Virus record (IMG/VR): IMGVR_UViG_3300044655_001100
Coordinates: 32,187-96,186 of that record
Reading direction: 5' to 3' (one strand)
Length of the DNA stretch: 64,000 nt
From: a virus
Shown: piece after piece, positions 1 to 9,975 of the stretch
Layout of the letters: each line of letters opens with the position of its first letter
Numbering within the stretch: the first letter of the stretch is position 1
Made by a program: the position numbers and the translations under genes
The notes under the pieces: model-generated
Seen by the model: the letters and a program-made list of their open reading frames with translations, nothing else
Told to the model about the DNA's origin: nothing
Databases searched by the model: none

Positions 1-659
1 TTACTGGTGCTGTTGTTAATAATCTAGGCAGAGGATCAGATAACGCATTCTCCCCAGAAAGATTTATAACTGAATACGGTAAATTATCTGATGCTGGTAA
101 AAATGCTTTATTTGGCCCTGCATCAAATCCTTTGAGACAAAATCTTGAGGATATAACCACAATAGCCAGAACAGTTAAGCAGAGTGGTAAATACATTAAT
201 AGGTCTAAAACCGCCCATGTTTTGAACAGCTTAAATATGTTGGGCAATATAGGAAAATGGGGTGGCGCCGCTATTGGTGGCTTGGGTGTAGAGGAAGCCG
301 CTAGGGGTAAGCCAGAGGGACTTGGGACTGAGATTGGTGGGGCATTGTTGCTTTCATCATTATTGTCTTCTCCAAGAGGCTCTGGAGCCATTTTAAACTA
401 TATGAGAAACGCCACACCTATGGCGGCTCAAGGACTTTTAAACGAAGCAAGAGTGCAAGCCGGTATGTCAAATCCAGATAGAGAGAATCGAGCGTCGGGT
501 GGTAAGGTAGATAAGCGGGATTATCCAGCCAAGCGGCTTACCCGCATGGAGAGAGCTCTGAAGAGAGCACAAGACGCATTAGCAGAAGAAACAAAACCTA
601 TTATGCAAATGCCTGACAGTCATGTTGCTCATGCTCTTGAAATAGCAAAAGATAAATAG
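1..659 (+). CDS. C-terminal part of a large virion internal/ejection protein (5' truncated)
   Basis: Frame is open from base 3 to the stop at 659; Ala/Gly-rich hydrophobic segments; lies just upstream of the tail collar gene; ends with RASGGKV...HALEIAK. Confidence 0.55.
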   Translation, partial: TGAVVNNLGRGSDNAFSPERFITEYGKLSDAGKNALFGPASNPLRQNLEDITTIARTVKQSGKYINRSKTAHVLNSLNMLGNIGKWGGAAIGGLGVEEAARGKPEGLGTEIGGALLLSSLLSSPRGSGAILNYMRNATPMAAQGLLNEARVQAGMSNPDRENRASGGKVDKRDYPAKRLTRMERALKRAQDALAEETKPIMQMPDSHVAHALEIAKDK

Positions 660-672
660 AAGGAATACGACT

Positions 673-1620
673 TTGGTTAATTCATTTTCTGACGGAAAAG
701 GTCAGTTAGTTGAACCTCCATATGGTAGTTACGTGGATAGCTGGCAATTACCAGTTAACAGTAACTTTGGCCTAACAGATGCATTAGTATCTGGAACGAC
801 GACTATTAATGTTGCAACCATACCTATATCAACGCCGTTTGTAACATTAGTTTTTCAAAACTTTGATACATCGCCAACACCTTGGCAGGTTCCATTAGCT
901 GGCCAGAATCTTAGAATTGTTTTAACGGGAACTCTTGCATTTAATATCATTCTTTATATCCCTGCAAATACCCCTGGCATGTGGATAATTGATAATCAAA
1001 CAAATGGCGCATTTGCAGTTACTGTTAAAACAACGGCAACCGCTTCTACTGGCGTCAATCCACCACAAGGGTATATGAGTTATATATTCTGTGATGGAAC
1101 GAATGTTGATTGGGCAGATGCTGGAGGCGTTATAGCCAATCTTCCTGCTGCTATCCCACCAGGAGTAATTCAGGCGTATGCAGGAGGAAGTATTCCTGCA
1201 GGATGGTTGTATTGTGATGGAGCGGGTGTATCAAGAAATACATATGCTGCTTTATTTGCAGCCATAGGAACAATATGGGGTGTCGGAGACGGATCAACAA
1301 CGTTTAATATCCCCAATTTTGTAGGCATGTTTTTGAGGGGAGCCAATAATGGTGGACCTGCCTTAGGTGTATTTCAGGACCAATCTTTCGCTTCTCATTC
1401 GCACCCAGCATCTTCATCGGATGCAGGTCATACTCACGGAATGCTCAATACAGGCCCTAACGCTAATGGTGGCGGCGCTGGCTGGCTTGTAAACCCAGAG
1501 AGAAATACAGGCTTAAATACGCTTACTGGATATGCTAACATTTCAACGACGGTAGGCGCATCAGGAGGACCAGAAACAAGACCCGTGAACTTTGGTGTAT
1601 ATTACATGATTAAAACATAA
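673..1620 (+). CDS. Tail fibre protein with phage tail collar domain
   Basis: PGVIQAYAG..IPAGWLYCDG..VSR.TYAALFAAIG..WG.GDGSTTFNIP...GMFLRG and C-terminal ETRPVN..VYYMIK. Confidence 0.9.
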   Translation: MVNSFSDGKGQLVEPPYGSYVDSWQLPVNSNFGLTDALVSGTTTINVATIPISTPFVTLVFQNFDTSPTPWQVPLAGQNLRIVLTGTLAFNIILYIPANTPGMWIIDNQTNGAFAVTVKTTATASTGVNPPQGYMSYIFCDGTNVDWADAGGVIANLPAAIPPGVIQAYAGGSIPAGWLYCDGAGVSRNTYAALFAAIGTIWGVGDGSTTFNIPNFVGMFLRGANNGGPALGVFQDQSFASHSHPASSSDAGHTHGMLNTGPNANGGGAGWLVNPERNTGLNTLTGYANISTTVGASGGPETRPVNFGVYYMIKT

Positions 1621-1631
1621 AAGGTTGTGTT

Positions 1632-2210
1632 GTGCAGATATTTGATGATTTTTTAAATCCTAAAAATGCAAATTCCGTAGAAAGTTTACTTTGCTCTCCG
1701 GATTTTGAATGGTTTTTCCTAAGTTTCGGGACATGCCCTTCAGAGCATTTAAATATGAAACCAGAGTATGCAGTCCATGACAGGCCGCAATTTTCACATG
1801 CGTTTTATACAGGTAATGTTGTCAATTCTTCTCATTATCGTCATGTAAAATGCATTGTAGAATCTTTAGAACAAAAAACAGGAAAAAGTTTCTTTGACAA
1901 AATGTATCGTCTAAAATCCAACCTTCTTTTAAAAGATGAGAATTTTGGGAAAAACGATCATCATTTTCCGCACACTGATATATCTGATGGTATGTCCCTT
2001 ATTTATTATGTAAATGATAGCGACGGAGATACATTTTTGTTTAACGAAAAAGATATCAGTGATACTTTAACATTATCGCATAGGATAAGCCCTAAGAGGA
2101 ATAGGGCAATATTGTTTGATTCAAGTAAACTTCACGCCAGTTCTTCTCCAAAGATATCTAAATATAGATTAGTTGTTAACATTGTTTTTAAAAATTACGG
2201 AGAGGTTTAA
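1632..2210 (+). CDS. 2OG-Fe(II) oxygenase
   Basis: PHTD (HxD), YYVNDSDGDT, LHASSSP, R-LVVN. Confidence 0.85.
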   Translation: MQIFDDFLNPKNANSVESLLCSPDFEWFFLSFGTCPSEHLNMKPEYAVHDRPQFSHAFYTGNVVNSSHYRHVKCIVESLEQKTGKSFFDKMYRLKSNLLLKDENFGKNDHHFPHTDISDGMSLIYYVNDSDGDTFLFNEKDISDTLTLSHRISPKRNRAILFDSSKLHASSSPKISKYRLVVNIVFKNYGEV

Positions 2211-2803
2211 TGTTAAAATCTCCGCAAAATATGAGTTGGCCTTTTTACGGAGATCATGTCCACAATTATGCCTATTATGACAATGTTTTTAATCATAGTG
2301 AAATACAATTTATTATTGACCATGCAAAAAAATATGAATTAGAAAAAGCAAAATTAGAAAATAATAACGAGCAAGCGTCGATAAGAGACAATGAGATTGT
2401 TTTTATTGGGCCACAGGGAATTGAATGGCTTTTTGAGCGTTTAACACAAGCTTGCCATGAAATGAATGATAAATTCTTTCGATTTGATATATTTGGTTTG
2501 GCAGAAGGTTTACAATTTACGCAATATACGGCCCCAGGCCAGCACTATAAAATTCATATGGACAAGTTGTTTCAAAGAAATGTCCGTAAGTTAAGCATTG
2601 TTATTCAGCTTACAGACGAAAATGAATATGAAGGCGGCGATCTTGAGCTTGTTCTTGGCGCTGGAGACGATACTGTAAAGATGCCTCGTAAAAAGGGCAA
2701 GCTGATCATGTTTCCTAGTTACATCATCCATCAAGTTACGCCTATTACCAAAGGGCAAAGGCATAGTTTGGTAGGGTGGATAACAGGGAAGCCATTTGTA
2801 TGA
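2210..2803 (+). CDS. 2OG-Fe(II) oxygenase, PKHD/prolyl-4-hydroxylase type
   Basis: HMD, RKLSIVIQL, YEGGDL, HQVTPITKGQRHSLVGW. Confidence 0.9.
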   Translation: MLKSPQNMSWPFYGDHVHNYAYYDNVFNHSEIQFIIDHAKKYELEKAKLENNNEQASIRDNEIVFIGPQGIEWLFERLTQACHEMNDKFFRFDIFGLAEGLQFTQYTAPGQHYKIHMDKLFQRNVRKLSIVIQLTDENEYEGGDLELVLGAGDDTVKMPRKKGKLIMFPSYIIHQVTPITKGQRHSLVGWITGKPFV

Positions 2804-2928
2804 TGCATCCCGATCACTTCGACTTCATTATAAAAATGATGAAGGCGTTCTTGATTGCATCTATATGCATATACTCATTTAAACTTGGACGCACAGTTTA
2901 TGTCTTGTATATGATGGGGGATTATTAA
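2800..2928 (+). CDS. Small membrane protein (42 aa)
   Basis: MMHPDHFDFIIKMMKAFLIASICIYSFKL...; ATGA overlap with the upstream stop, abuts the endolysin start. Confidence 0.5.
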   Translation: MMHPDHFDFIIKMMKAFLIASICIYSFKLGRTVYVLYMMGDY

Positions 2929-3432
2929 ATGAAAGAGAATTATGCACAGGCCTTAAAACAGGTCTTAAAGTACGAAGGTGGAAAAGTTGACGACCCCAGA
3001 GATCCCGGTGGCCGCACTGCTTTTGGCATCACCCAGGATACTTACGATGCATGGCGCAAGAAACAAAACTTGCCGACAGTTGATGTATTTACGATCAGTC
3101 AGGCAGATGTGGCGGCCATTTACCGCCAAGAATATTGGGATCGTATTCGTGGAGATGATTTGCCCTCTGGCGTTGATTTTGCTGTGTTCGATTATGCAGT
3201 AAACTCAGGCGTCAGTCGTGCAGCTAAAACCCTTCAAGCGGTCGTTGGCGTTACGCAGGACGGTCAGATCGGCCCAGCTACCATACAAGCCGCTAAAACG
3301 TATGTGGCTATGACAGTCACTAATAGACGCCTTGCTTTCATGCAAAGCCTGTCGATCTGGTCAACGTTTGGTAGGGGCTGGTCGGCACGAATAGCGGATG
3401 TAAAGAACCAGATTATTGCTCTCACTAAATAG
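2929..3432 (+). CDS. Endolysin, glycoside hydrolase family 108
   Basis: EGG..DDPRDPGGRT.FGIT, YW, FDYAVNSG, DGQIGPAT, FGRGWS.R. Confidence 0.93.
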   Translation: MKENYAQALKQVLKYEGGKVDDPRDPGGRTAFGITQDTYDAWRKKQNLPTVDVFTISQADVAAIYRQEYWDRIRGDDLPSGVDFAVFDYAVNSGVSRAAKTLQAVVGVTQDGQIGPATIQAAKTYVAMTVTNRRLAFMQSLSIWSTFGRGWSARIADVKNQIIALTK

Positions 3433-3442
3433 GGAGGATGAT

Positions 3443-3586
3443 ATGCTGAAGGATGACATCAGATGGGCTCTATGGGCCATTGTTTTCACTTTGGCTATCT
3501 TTGGCACCGCTATGTTAGCTGGATGCAGCGAATTAAAATATGCTGAATGTTTGGCTAGAGACAACACACGTAACCCATGTCAATAG
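3443..3586 (+). CDS. Small lipoprotein (47 aa)
   Basis: GGAGG RBS; hydrophobic signal ending in LAGC lipobox, two further Cys. Confidence 0.7.
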   Translation: MLKDDIRWALWAIVFTLAIFGTAMLAGCSELKYAECLARDNTRNPCQ

Positions 3587-3595
3587 GAGATTATA

Positions 3596-3763
3596 ATGGG
3601 AATTTTTAAAAACCTTCTCACAACTATCCCTGGTATCTTAACGTTGCTTTCCGTTGCTTACCAATCTTGGCAGACTAAAACAATTGACTGGCCAGCTATG
3701 CAGAATGCTCTTGTTGGGGTTGGCTTGGTGTTCGCCAAGGATTATAATGTTGTTGGTAAATGA
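3596..3763 (+). CDS. Putative holin (55 aa, two TM segments)
   Basis: AGGAG RBS; MGIFKNLLTTIPGILTLLSVAYQ...ALVGVGLVFAKD; between endolysin and spanins. Confidence 0.65.
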   Translation: MGIFKNLLTTIPGILTLLSVAYQSWQTKTIDWPAMQNALVGVGLVFAKDYNVVGK

Positions 3764-4002
3764 TAAGCGTTATATTATCAATCATATCTTCCCTGTTTTC
3801 TTTGGCAGGGAAGGTATTTGATTTCTTATATGCCAAGCAACTGACGGATGCTGGAAAGGCAGAACAACAAGTTGCTGATCTAAAGGCCCAGATAGATGCT
3901 GCTCATAAGGCGTTACAAGCTAGGATTGTTGCTGAGCGTGACGCTTCCGCTAATCCTGACGGGGTGTCAAACGACGACGATGGATTCAAGCGTCCAGACT
4001 GA
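3760..4002 (+). CDS. i-spanin (Rz-like)
   Basis: N-terminal TM helix, coiled coil, C-terminal DDGFKRPD; overlapped by a lipoprotein ORF. Confidence 0.7.
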   Translation: MISVILSIISSLFSLAGKVFDFLYAKQLTDAGKAEQQVADLKAQIDAAHKALQARIVAERDASANPDGVSNDDDGFKRPD

Positions 4003-4129
4003 TGAATGCTTAATATTTAAGCCTATTACATGGAGTTCCAAGGATACTAAGCCTACAGTTGTTCAAGTGAAGTCTCATAATGCTGCTGGTAAAGCTGCTT
4101 GTAATTGGGGCAAGAAAACAAATGGATAA
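3896..4129 (+). CDS. o-spanin (Rz1-like lipoprotein)
   Basis: LTGC lipobox; C..FKPITWS..D...HNA....C; overlaps the i-spanin in another frame. Confidence 0.75.
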   Translation: MLLIRRYKLGLLLSVTLPLILTGCQTTTMDSSVQTDECLIFKPITWSSKDTKPTVVQVKSHNAAGKAACNWGKKTNG

Positions 4130-4331
4130 AAAAACATATATAATGATTTTAATTATATTTTTATCATGGGCATTTATTTTATTAATTGTAAAAAATAATT
4201 ATTCTACAAGAGATTATATTACTCCAGAAGAAGAAAGCGCATTAACTTTTATCAGATAAAATGATATAATCTTTTTTAAATTACTAATAATATTCACTAG
4301 CACATAAATAACAATCCAAAAGGAATGCAAA

Positions 4332-5435
4332 GTGCCAACACCCTCCGTGTCTGCTGAAGAACTTCAGCTTACTTATGATTTATACCAATCTTTGGGTAAT
4401 GCTATTGCTGTGGGGATTAGGCTTGGCATTTCTAAAAGCGCAGTTAATAGAAGACTTCAAAAATATGAGGAGGGTAAAACAAAATTCACAGCGCCAAAGC
4501 TTCCGTCGAAAAGCCGTGACATTGAACAATTGATCAAAGATCGGATTGAAGAAAGTAGGAGAGCTAAAAATGCAGATGCTTCCAGAGATCTCATTCGCAT
4601 TCCTGTACACATTGATGGCCCATTTGGTCTACTCATACTTGGCGACCCACACGTTGATGATGCGGGTTGCGACTTCGAATTGCTTGCGCAACACAGGCAA
4701 ATAATCAAAGACCATCCATTCATTCTGGGAGCATCTGTTGGTGACTATCAGAATGGATGGATAGGAAGATTGGGTGCTTTGTATGGTGAGCAGCAAACAA
4801 CAAGTAAAGAAGCGTGGAAGCTGGTGGATTGGCTGGTTAGCGAAATTAAGTGGCTTTTTCTTATTGCTGGTAATCACGATTTATGGGCAGGTGTGGGTGA
4901 TCCACTGGAGTGGATTGCAGCCCAGCAAGGTAGTCTCTACGAGCCGCACGGTGTCCGCATCGAATTGCATCACCCATGTGGGGCCAAGACAAGGGTTCAC
5001 GCGAGGCACGATTTCCCTGGAACGTCGATTTACAGCCAGCTGCATGGACCACGCCGTGAAGCAATAATGGGTTATAGAGATGATTTAATTATATGTGGAC
5101 ATAAACATACAGGAGCATGTGAAACGTTTGTCACTCCTGACGGAAATGTATGTCAAATTGTCAGAGTATCTGGATATAAAGTTGCAGATTCCTATGCAAA
5201 ACAACTGGGTTTAAAGAAGCATAATATTTTTCCTGGGGCGCTTTGCATAATAGATCCATCCGCTCCAAATACTTCACCAAATCGTGTTTTTACTGCCCCA
5301 AGCGTGGAGAAAGGTGTTATTATTTTAAACGCTCTCAGAGCAGATTTCGAGTCATCACGGGGCATTTCCAATGTGCAAAAACACAAACAAAAAACTCGTT
5401 CAAAACAACAACTTAGTCGGCGGAATTCACGATAA
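4332..5435 (+). CDS. Calcineurin-like metallophosphoesterase with N-terminal HTH
   Basis: GDPH, GD, GNHD, H, GHKH motifs. Confidence 0.85.
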   Translation: MPTPSVSAEELQLTYDLYQSLGNAIAVGIRLGISKSAVNRRLQKYEEGKTKFTAPKLPSKSRDIEQLIKDRIEESRRAKNADASRDLIRIPVHIDGPFGLLILGDPHVDDAGCDFELLAQHRQIIKDHPFILGASVGDYQNGWIGRLGALYGEQQTTSKEAWKLVDWLVSEIKWLFLIAGNHDLWAGVGDPLEWIAAQQGSLYEPHGVRIELHHPCGAKTRVHARHDFPGTSIYSQLHGPRREAIMGYRDDLIICGHKHTGACETFVTPDGNVCQIVRVSGYKVADSYAKQLGLKKHNIFPGALCIIDPSAPNTSPNRVFTAPSVEKGVIILNALRADFESSRGISNVQKHKQKTRSKQQLSRRNSR

Positions 5436-5646
5436 AATATTAATTGAAAACGAATCAAATTTATCCGATGCGTATAATGATGCATGTGTTTGGATTGCTG
5501 AATTACAATTACAAATAGATACTCTTAAAGCAAAGGTATCATCAGGTTACGTACGTCACGATACTTCCAAAATAAAATGGAAATCTAAGAGTATGGTTCC
5601 AGCCGTTGATGCAGGTGATAGCTGGATAGATACTGGAAAACTTTAA
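5371..5646 (+). CDS. Hypothetical protein
   Basis: ORF in operon context. Confidence 0.5.
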   Translation: MCKNTNKKLVQNNNLVGGIHDKILIENESNLSDAYNDACVWIAELQLQIDTLKAKVSSGYVRHDTSKIKWKSKSMVPAVDAGDSWIDTGKL

Positions 5647-5647
5647 T

Positions 5648-6160
5648 ATGATAACACAAGAATATTTAAAATCTGCGTTAAAATATAATCCAGATACAGG
5701 TGAGTTTTTTTGGAAATATCGTGAAGATATGCCGAAACAATGGAATTCTCTTTGGTCGGGAAAAAAAATAATAGGAAGAAGATGTAAACGAGGTTATTTG
5801 TATATATCAATATGCAATAAAAGATATGGAGCACACAGATTAGCATTTTTATATGTAAATGGCTGGTTACCAACAGAAGTTGATCATATTGATGCTAATG
5901 GAAAAAAGGACGATAACCGAATAAAAAATTTAAGGTCGGCATCAAGTATTGAAAACAAAAATAATGTAGGAATTAGAAAGAACAGTACTAGCGGTTTCAA
6001 GGGAGTTTGTTGGCATAAGGGTGCTAATGGATGGATATCTCGCATTAGGGTTGATTCAAAAAGGATTAATCTTGGTATTTTTGATTGCCCAGCCGCAGCA
6101 TCATTTGCCTATCAAGTAGCTTCAAATATTCATCACGGTGAGTTTGGTAGAATTGTTTAG
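5648..6160 (+). CDS. HNH homing endonuclease with AP2-like C-terminus
   Basis: YNPDTGEFFW, AHRLAFLY, VDHID...DNRIKNLR, NSTSGFKGV.W, LG.F. Confidence 0.9.
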   Translation: MITQEYLKSALKYNPDTGEFFWKYREDMPKQWNSLWSGKKIIGRRCKRGYLYISICNKRYGAHRLAFLYVNGWLPTEVDHIDANGKKDDNRIKNLRSASSIENKNNVGIRKNSTSGFKGVCWHKGANGWISRIRVDSKRINLGIFDCPAAASFAYQVASNIHHGEFGRIV

Positions 6161-6178
6161 TTTAATACGGGGGTTATA

Positions 6179-6409
6179 ATGGCGGATGATGGGTTTGAAT
6201 TTATCGAAACTCCTGACGGTAATACGATGATGTTGGAGGATAGAATAACAGCAAGAGTAAATGCGTATATTCAGTTAATGCATACTGTCCGGAATATGAA
6301 AGAAGATGAATTAGTAGCAGAGGGGATGCGCATGTTAGAGCGAATTCGCCTCTCTATTCACATTACACCTGAAAGAGATGTTGCTGTTATGAAGGGTGGT
6401 AAATCATAA
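6179..6409 (+). CDS. Hypothetical protein
   Basis: ORF with GGGG RBS. Confidence 0.55.
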   Translation: MADDGFEFIETPDGNTMMLEDRITARVNAYIQLMHTVRNMKEDELVAEGMRMLERIRLSIHITPERDVAVMKGGKS

Positions 6410-6412
6410 AAA

Positions 6413-6488
6413 TGGTGCCCGTTAAGAGATTCGAACTCCTGACCTACTGATTACAAATCAGTTGCGCTACCAGCTGCGCTAAACGGGC
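6413..6488 (-). tRNA. tRNA-Thr (UGU)
   Basis: 76-nt cloverleaf GCCCGTT...AACGGGC-ACCA; anticodon arm ACTGA-TTTGTAA-TCAGT; TTCGAAT T-loop; encoded CCA. Confidence 0.95.
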
Positions 6489-6489
6489 A

Positions 6490-6672
6490 TTACTCTTTAT
6501 CTTTTTCTTTAACTATCCCTAGTTCTTTTTCAAGAACTTTTATTTCTTCACGCAGACGGACGATCTCATCTCTAGCATCGCCAAGCATTTGCTCATGGGC
6601 GCTTAACAAAGAGCGTCCATTTAGTCGGCAGTCAATTCTTCTGACTATATCAATCACGGGCATTTGAGACAA
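6490..6672 (-). CDS. Hypothetical coiled-coil protein
   Basis: DIVRRI...DARDEIVRLR pattern typical of small phage ORFs. Confidence 0.55.
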   Translation of the reverse strand: MSQMPVIDIVRRIDCRLNGRSLLSAHEQMLGDARDEIVRLREEIKVLEKELGIVKEKDKE

Positions 6673-6744
6673 AAAGCCATACTAGGAAAGCAGCGAAGCT
6701 CCCCCCACTTATGGCAATTGCCCAAGAAAGTAAATCGCTGTCGC

Positions 6745-7350
6745 TCACGCATTGACCCTAGTAGCAGTTGCTTCCCAAATAACGCTCTCTACTAACTTGG
6801 TCGGGTCTGTAGCATCCTGTGTAATGAATTGCGTAGCCACAGGGCCAAGTCCCAGCTGCATCCAGTATCGAGCTCCAGTTGCTGGCTTACCATTCCAAGA
6901 CTGTAGATAGCTGAAGACTAGGACGTTATCGTATGTAACCCCAGCAGCAGTGTAAGATGTAAGAAGCTGCTCAAAAGCCACAATCTGATCGCCGCAACTC
7001 GTGGCTGGTGGCCAGCATTTAAAGAAGTCAAACTGTGGGAAGTTCTGATATGTGCTTCCAATGGCTTGAAATTCTCCCCAACCAATCGCAGGTGAGAGGA
7101 CGACCTTTTTGTTGTTGGGATAGTCATCTCGCCACTCCGCAATCCCAAATCCTGGGTTATAACGGTAATACCATCTATTTAGCCATGTTAAATTGGCATC
7201 GTAATTATTATAGAGAATGCTATCGCTGCCAACGTCATAACTGAAGACACTGGTGAAATTAGGAGCCCCTTCAGCCTTATAATCAAACCTTCTTAGCTCA
7301 TGGGTTTTGAATAAAGGCCAATAGGCGGGTACAAAAATAGGGTTGCTCAT
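6745..7350 (-). CDS. Hypothetical Trp/Tyr-rich protein
   Basis: 201-aa ORF, GGAG RBS, coupled to neighbour. Confidence 0.7.
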   Translation of the reverse strand: MSNPIFVPAYWPLFKTHELRRFDYKAEGAPNFTSVFSYDVGSDSILYNNYDANLTWLNRWYYRYNPGFGIAEWRDDYPNNKKVVLSPAIGWGEFQAIGSTYQNFPQFDFFKCWPPATSCGDQIVAFEQLLTSYTAAGVTYDNVLVFSYLQSWNGKPATGARYWMQLGLGPVATQFITQDATDPTKLVESVIWEATATRVNA

Positions 7351-7718
7351 GGTATCTCCGTTTGAAAAACAATACCTTTTTCAAAAGCTTTTTTCAACTT
7401 TAATAGTTTTATTTGCCTATTTCTTCTAGCATGAACCAATTGCGTAGACCGGCAAATCTTTTCCAATCTATCATCATAATATCGGCCTTTGGTAGCCGCC
7501 ATCTTTTTATGTAAATATAAGCAGGACGTATGGTCAAGATTAAGGATTTTGCCTAATTGCGGGTAAGATGGTGGTTTCTCACTGTTCCTTAATTCATATA
7601 TTATTTTAGCCCTAGCAGCTGTAATAGCTATATCTCTTCTTGCCCTAGATAATATAGCTTCTTTAGGCATATTATAATTCTTAGCTGTTTCATCTATTAT
7701 TTTCTTAATTCTGCTCAT
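7347..7718 (-). CDS. DnaA C-terminal (domain IV)-like DNA-binding protein
   Basis: R.R.I..AR..IIY.LR....SYPQLGKILNLDHTS resembles the DnaA HTH signature. Confidence 0.75.
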   Translation of the reverse strand: MSRIKKIIDETAKNYNMPKEAILSRARRDIAITAARAKIIYELRNSEKPPSYPQLGKILNLDHTSCLYLHKKMAATKGRYYDDRLEKICRSTQLVHARRNRQIKLLKLKKAFEKGIVFQTEIP

Positions 7719-7911
7719 TTTTAACCAACCCCAAATGCTTCCAACGTTTTCCTAATTTTATCGCTGATATTGTTCGTTGATTTATACCAAACTCTATAGC
7801 TAATGCTTCTTGCTTCTCACCATCATTTGCACGTTTAAAAATCTGTCTAATTTGCCACTCTTTTAACTTGTGATTTGCATGTTGCTCACCACGTACGCCA
7901 CACAGACTCAT
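7705..7911 (-). CDS. Small HTH protein (resembles the C-terminal DNA-binding domain of homing endonucleases)
   Basis: RGEQHANHKL...LAIEFGINQRTISAIKLGKRWKH; start moved to the ATGA overlap at 7911. Confidence 0.7.
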   Translation of the reverse strand: MSLCGVRGEQHANHKLKEWQIRQIFKRANDGEKQEALAIEFGINQRTISAIKLGKRWKHLGLVKNEQN

Positions 7912-9537
7912 TTTTTTAATTCCCTTATCCTCCAAGCAATACCAGCGGCGGTATCACAAATCCCCTGACAATAGGGATCGTCCCGGTTATATTCGTCATT
8001 CATACTTTCAGCTATTTCGGCTGCTTTTTCTATTGCCTCTTCCCATCCGCTCTCCCATGCAAGAAGCATAGTCATATCCGGTTGGCGTAATTTCGAGACT
8101 TCTTGCTGCAGTCTGCGAATTATTAAAATCTTTTCCTCTGAACTTAGTTTGCTGAGTTCCCGATCATGCCAACCCTGTTCCATCGTATTCGCCTTTTAGA
8201 TCTCGTATAGCCTTGGCGACTTCCTTCTTCCGCTCTTCGGCATGTATCTTACTTACTATATGTTTGGCGCCAATGTCATAAGCCTCAACGACCTTGGCTG
8301 CGCTCTCCAAGCCATCCAGCAACCCTCGCCCATAGGCGTTCTGAATCATCCAGTGAACATCAGATTCGTTAAATATTGCCACGATCAGCCTCTAGCTCCT
8401 TGATCTTCTCCAAGAGGCGCTGGTTCATAATCTCACTGGTCTTTTTGCGCTGGGCCTCACAGCCAGCATTTAAGGCGGCTTTCATGCCTTCCTTGTTAAT
8501 TAGCTGACGATCACCACCAAAGCCTACTAAGGCTATCCAAGCAGCGTCAATTGCCTCATCGTACCAGTCCATTGATCTCTCCTTAGTGTAAGCCATCAGT
8601 TTACAGGCTCATCTTCCCGTATAGCGGCAGCTATCATCTTGCCTTCGTTTGGGTAATAGATGTTTTCAGCTATTTTGGCGCAACGCTCACGCTCTTGCTT
8701 TAGCTCTGCCTCTAGTTCAGCGATGCGCTTTGCTTGTGCTTCTAATGCGTCTGCGGATTCTCCGGCATCGCCGTCTTGCAAATGTTCTTGTAGAAGCCGC
8801 AATCGCTGCACTAGGTCTGAATAGTCAGTCATTCTCGCCCCATCGTAATGTTCTGCTGCGCACGGATGTCTTGGTTTGCATACGTCCAGCATTCCCTACC
8901 ATCGTCCAGAAACACAACCCAAAGCAGATTATGCTCTGGGCCATAGTCTATCACCAGGTGCGCAAGGCCACTGCCCCTAGGTGTCATTACAGGCAATGGA
9001 GGATTCAGCTGCTGGATGTGGGTCACTTCTTATCCTCACTCTCCAAAATAACGTCCGATGCTGATGTTTGACTCAAAATATCCTCACCTGCGCGAATTAA
9101 GTAATCTGGTATCTCTGTCGTCATTGTCATTTGATTGCGCTTGGCATCCTGCGAACTAACGTATTTAAACAATTCCGTCATCCATCCCTGTAAGAACGCA
9201 ATACGTCTTGACATTAGTTTACGTTTCCAGAGATAGGCGTCACACTCGAATTTCAGTTGATGTTCAAGTTCCTCAATCCGATTTGCTTGTTCCTCAATAG
9301 CGTCGGCGGCTTCGCATTCAGCTACAAGATCGTTCCACTTGGTTCTCAGTCGCTGCACAAGGTCTGTATGGTCAGTCATTTCTTCAATTTCCTTATAGCT
9401 GCAGCCAGTTCTTCTTTGGGTAAGTCAAGACTGTTTAATAAATTTGCCGCATCATCAATGGCGCCATTATAAACTTCTCGAAAGATAAAAGTTAATATTT
9501 GCAATTCTCGCTCATTTAATTCTGAATCTTCGCTCAT
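7908..9537 (-). other. Cluster of about 7 short coupled accessory ORFs (7908-8183, 8164-8382, 8369-8596, 8596-8832, 8829-9026, 9023-9379, 9376-9537)
   Basis: Overlapping start/stop codons; shared E.AA.IAE...IA..IR motifs; two start MTD..DLVQRLR. Confidence 0.7.
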
Positions 9538-9542
9538 AATAA

Positions 9543-9974
9543 TTACCTACAAAGAGGGACACCAAATTTATTCAAATCATTTCCAGTCATTTTAGTCCAT
9601 TTTGTGGTTTTCAAAGCTCCGTGACTGTCTAAATATTCTGTAACAGCTGGATACCTCCTATTGTAAGCAGAGCGTAAAACGTCATTTCCTTCTTCACTTA
9701 TTTGTTTTGTAAATGGGTTATGAGCTCCGTGGAACCAAAATTGACTATCTGGCTGAACACAAGTCGCATGGGCGAGGCTCATAGTTCCAGCTGAATGATA
9801 GCTCTTTCCGGTAGCTGGCCTAGCATTGTCTAAATGAAGGGCTTGCCAGCATCTACGGGGATCGCCACCGTGAGCAGCCGTGCAGCCATAATCTTTGTCG
9901 CCTATGCCTGGTAGCTGATAGCTACAGCCAGTAAAAAGCAAAATATAAAAAACAAGCAGATAATTAAGTTTCAT
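9543..9974 (-). CDS. Lipoprotein with ClpP/crotonase-like Ser-His motif
   Basis: LFTGC lipobox; YHSAGT...CV.PDS.FWFHGA. Confidence 0.55.
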   Translation of the reverse strand: MKLNYLLVFYILLFTGCSYQLPGIGDKDYGCTAAHGGDPRRCWQALHLDNARPATGKSYHSAGTMSLAHATCVQPDSQFWFHGAHNPFTKQISEEGNDVLRSAYNRRYPAVTEYLDSHGALKTTKWTKMTGNDLNKFGVPLCR

Positions 9975-9975
9975 A

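Noticed and set aside
6179-6409. C-terminal MKGGKS as a member of the GG motif family
   Set aside because: Single copy outside the virion modules; likely chance
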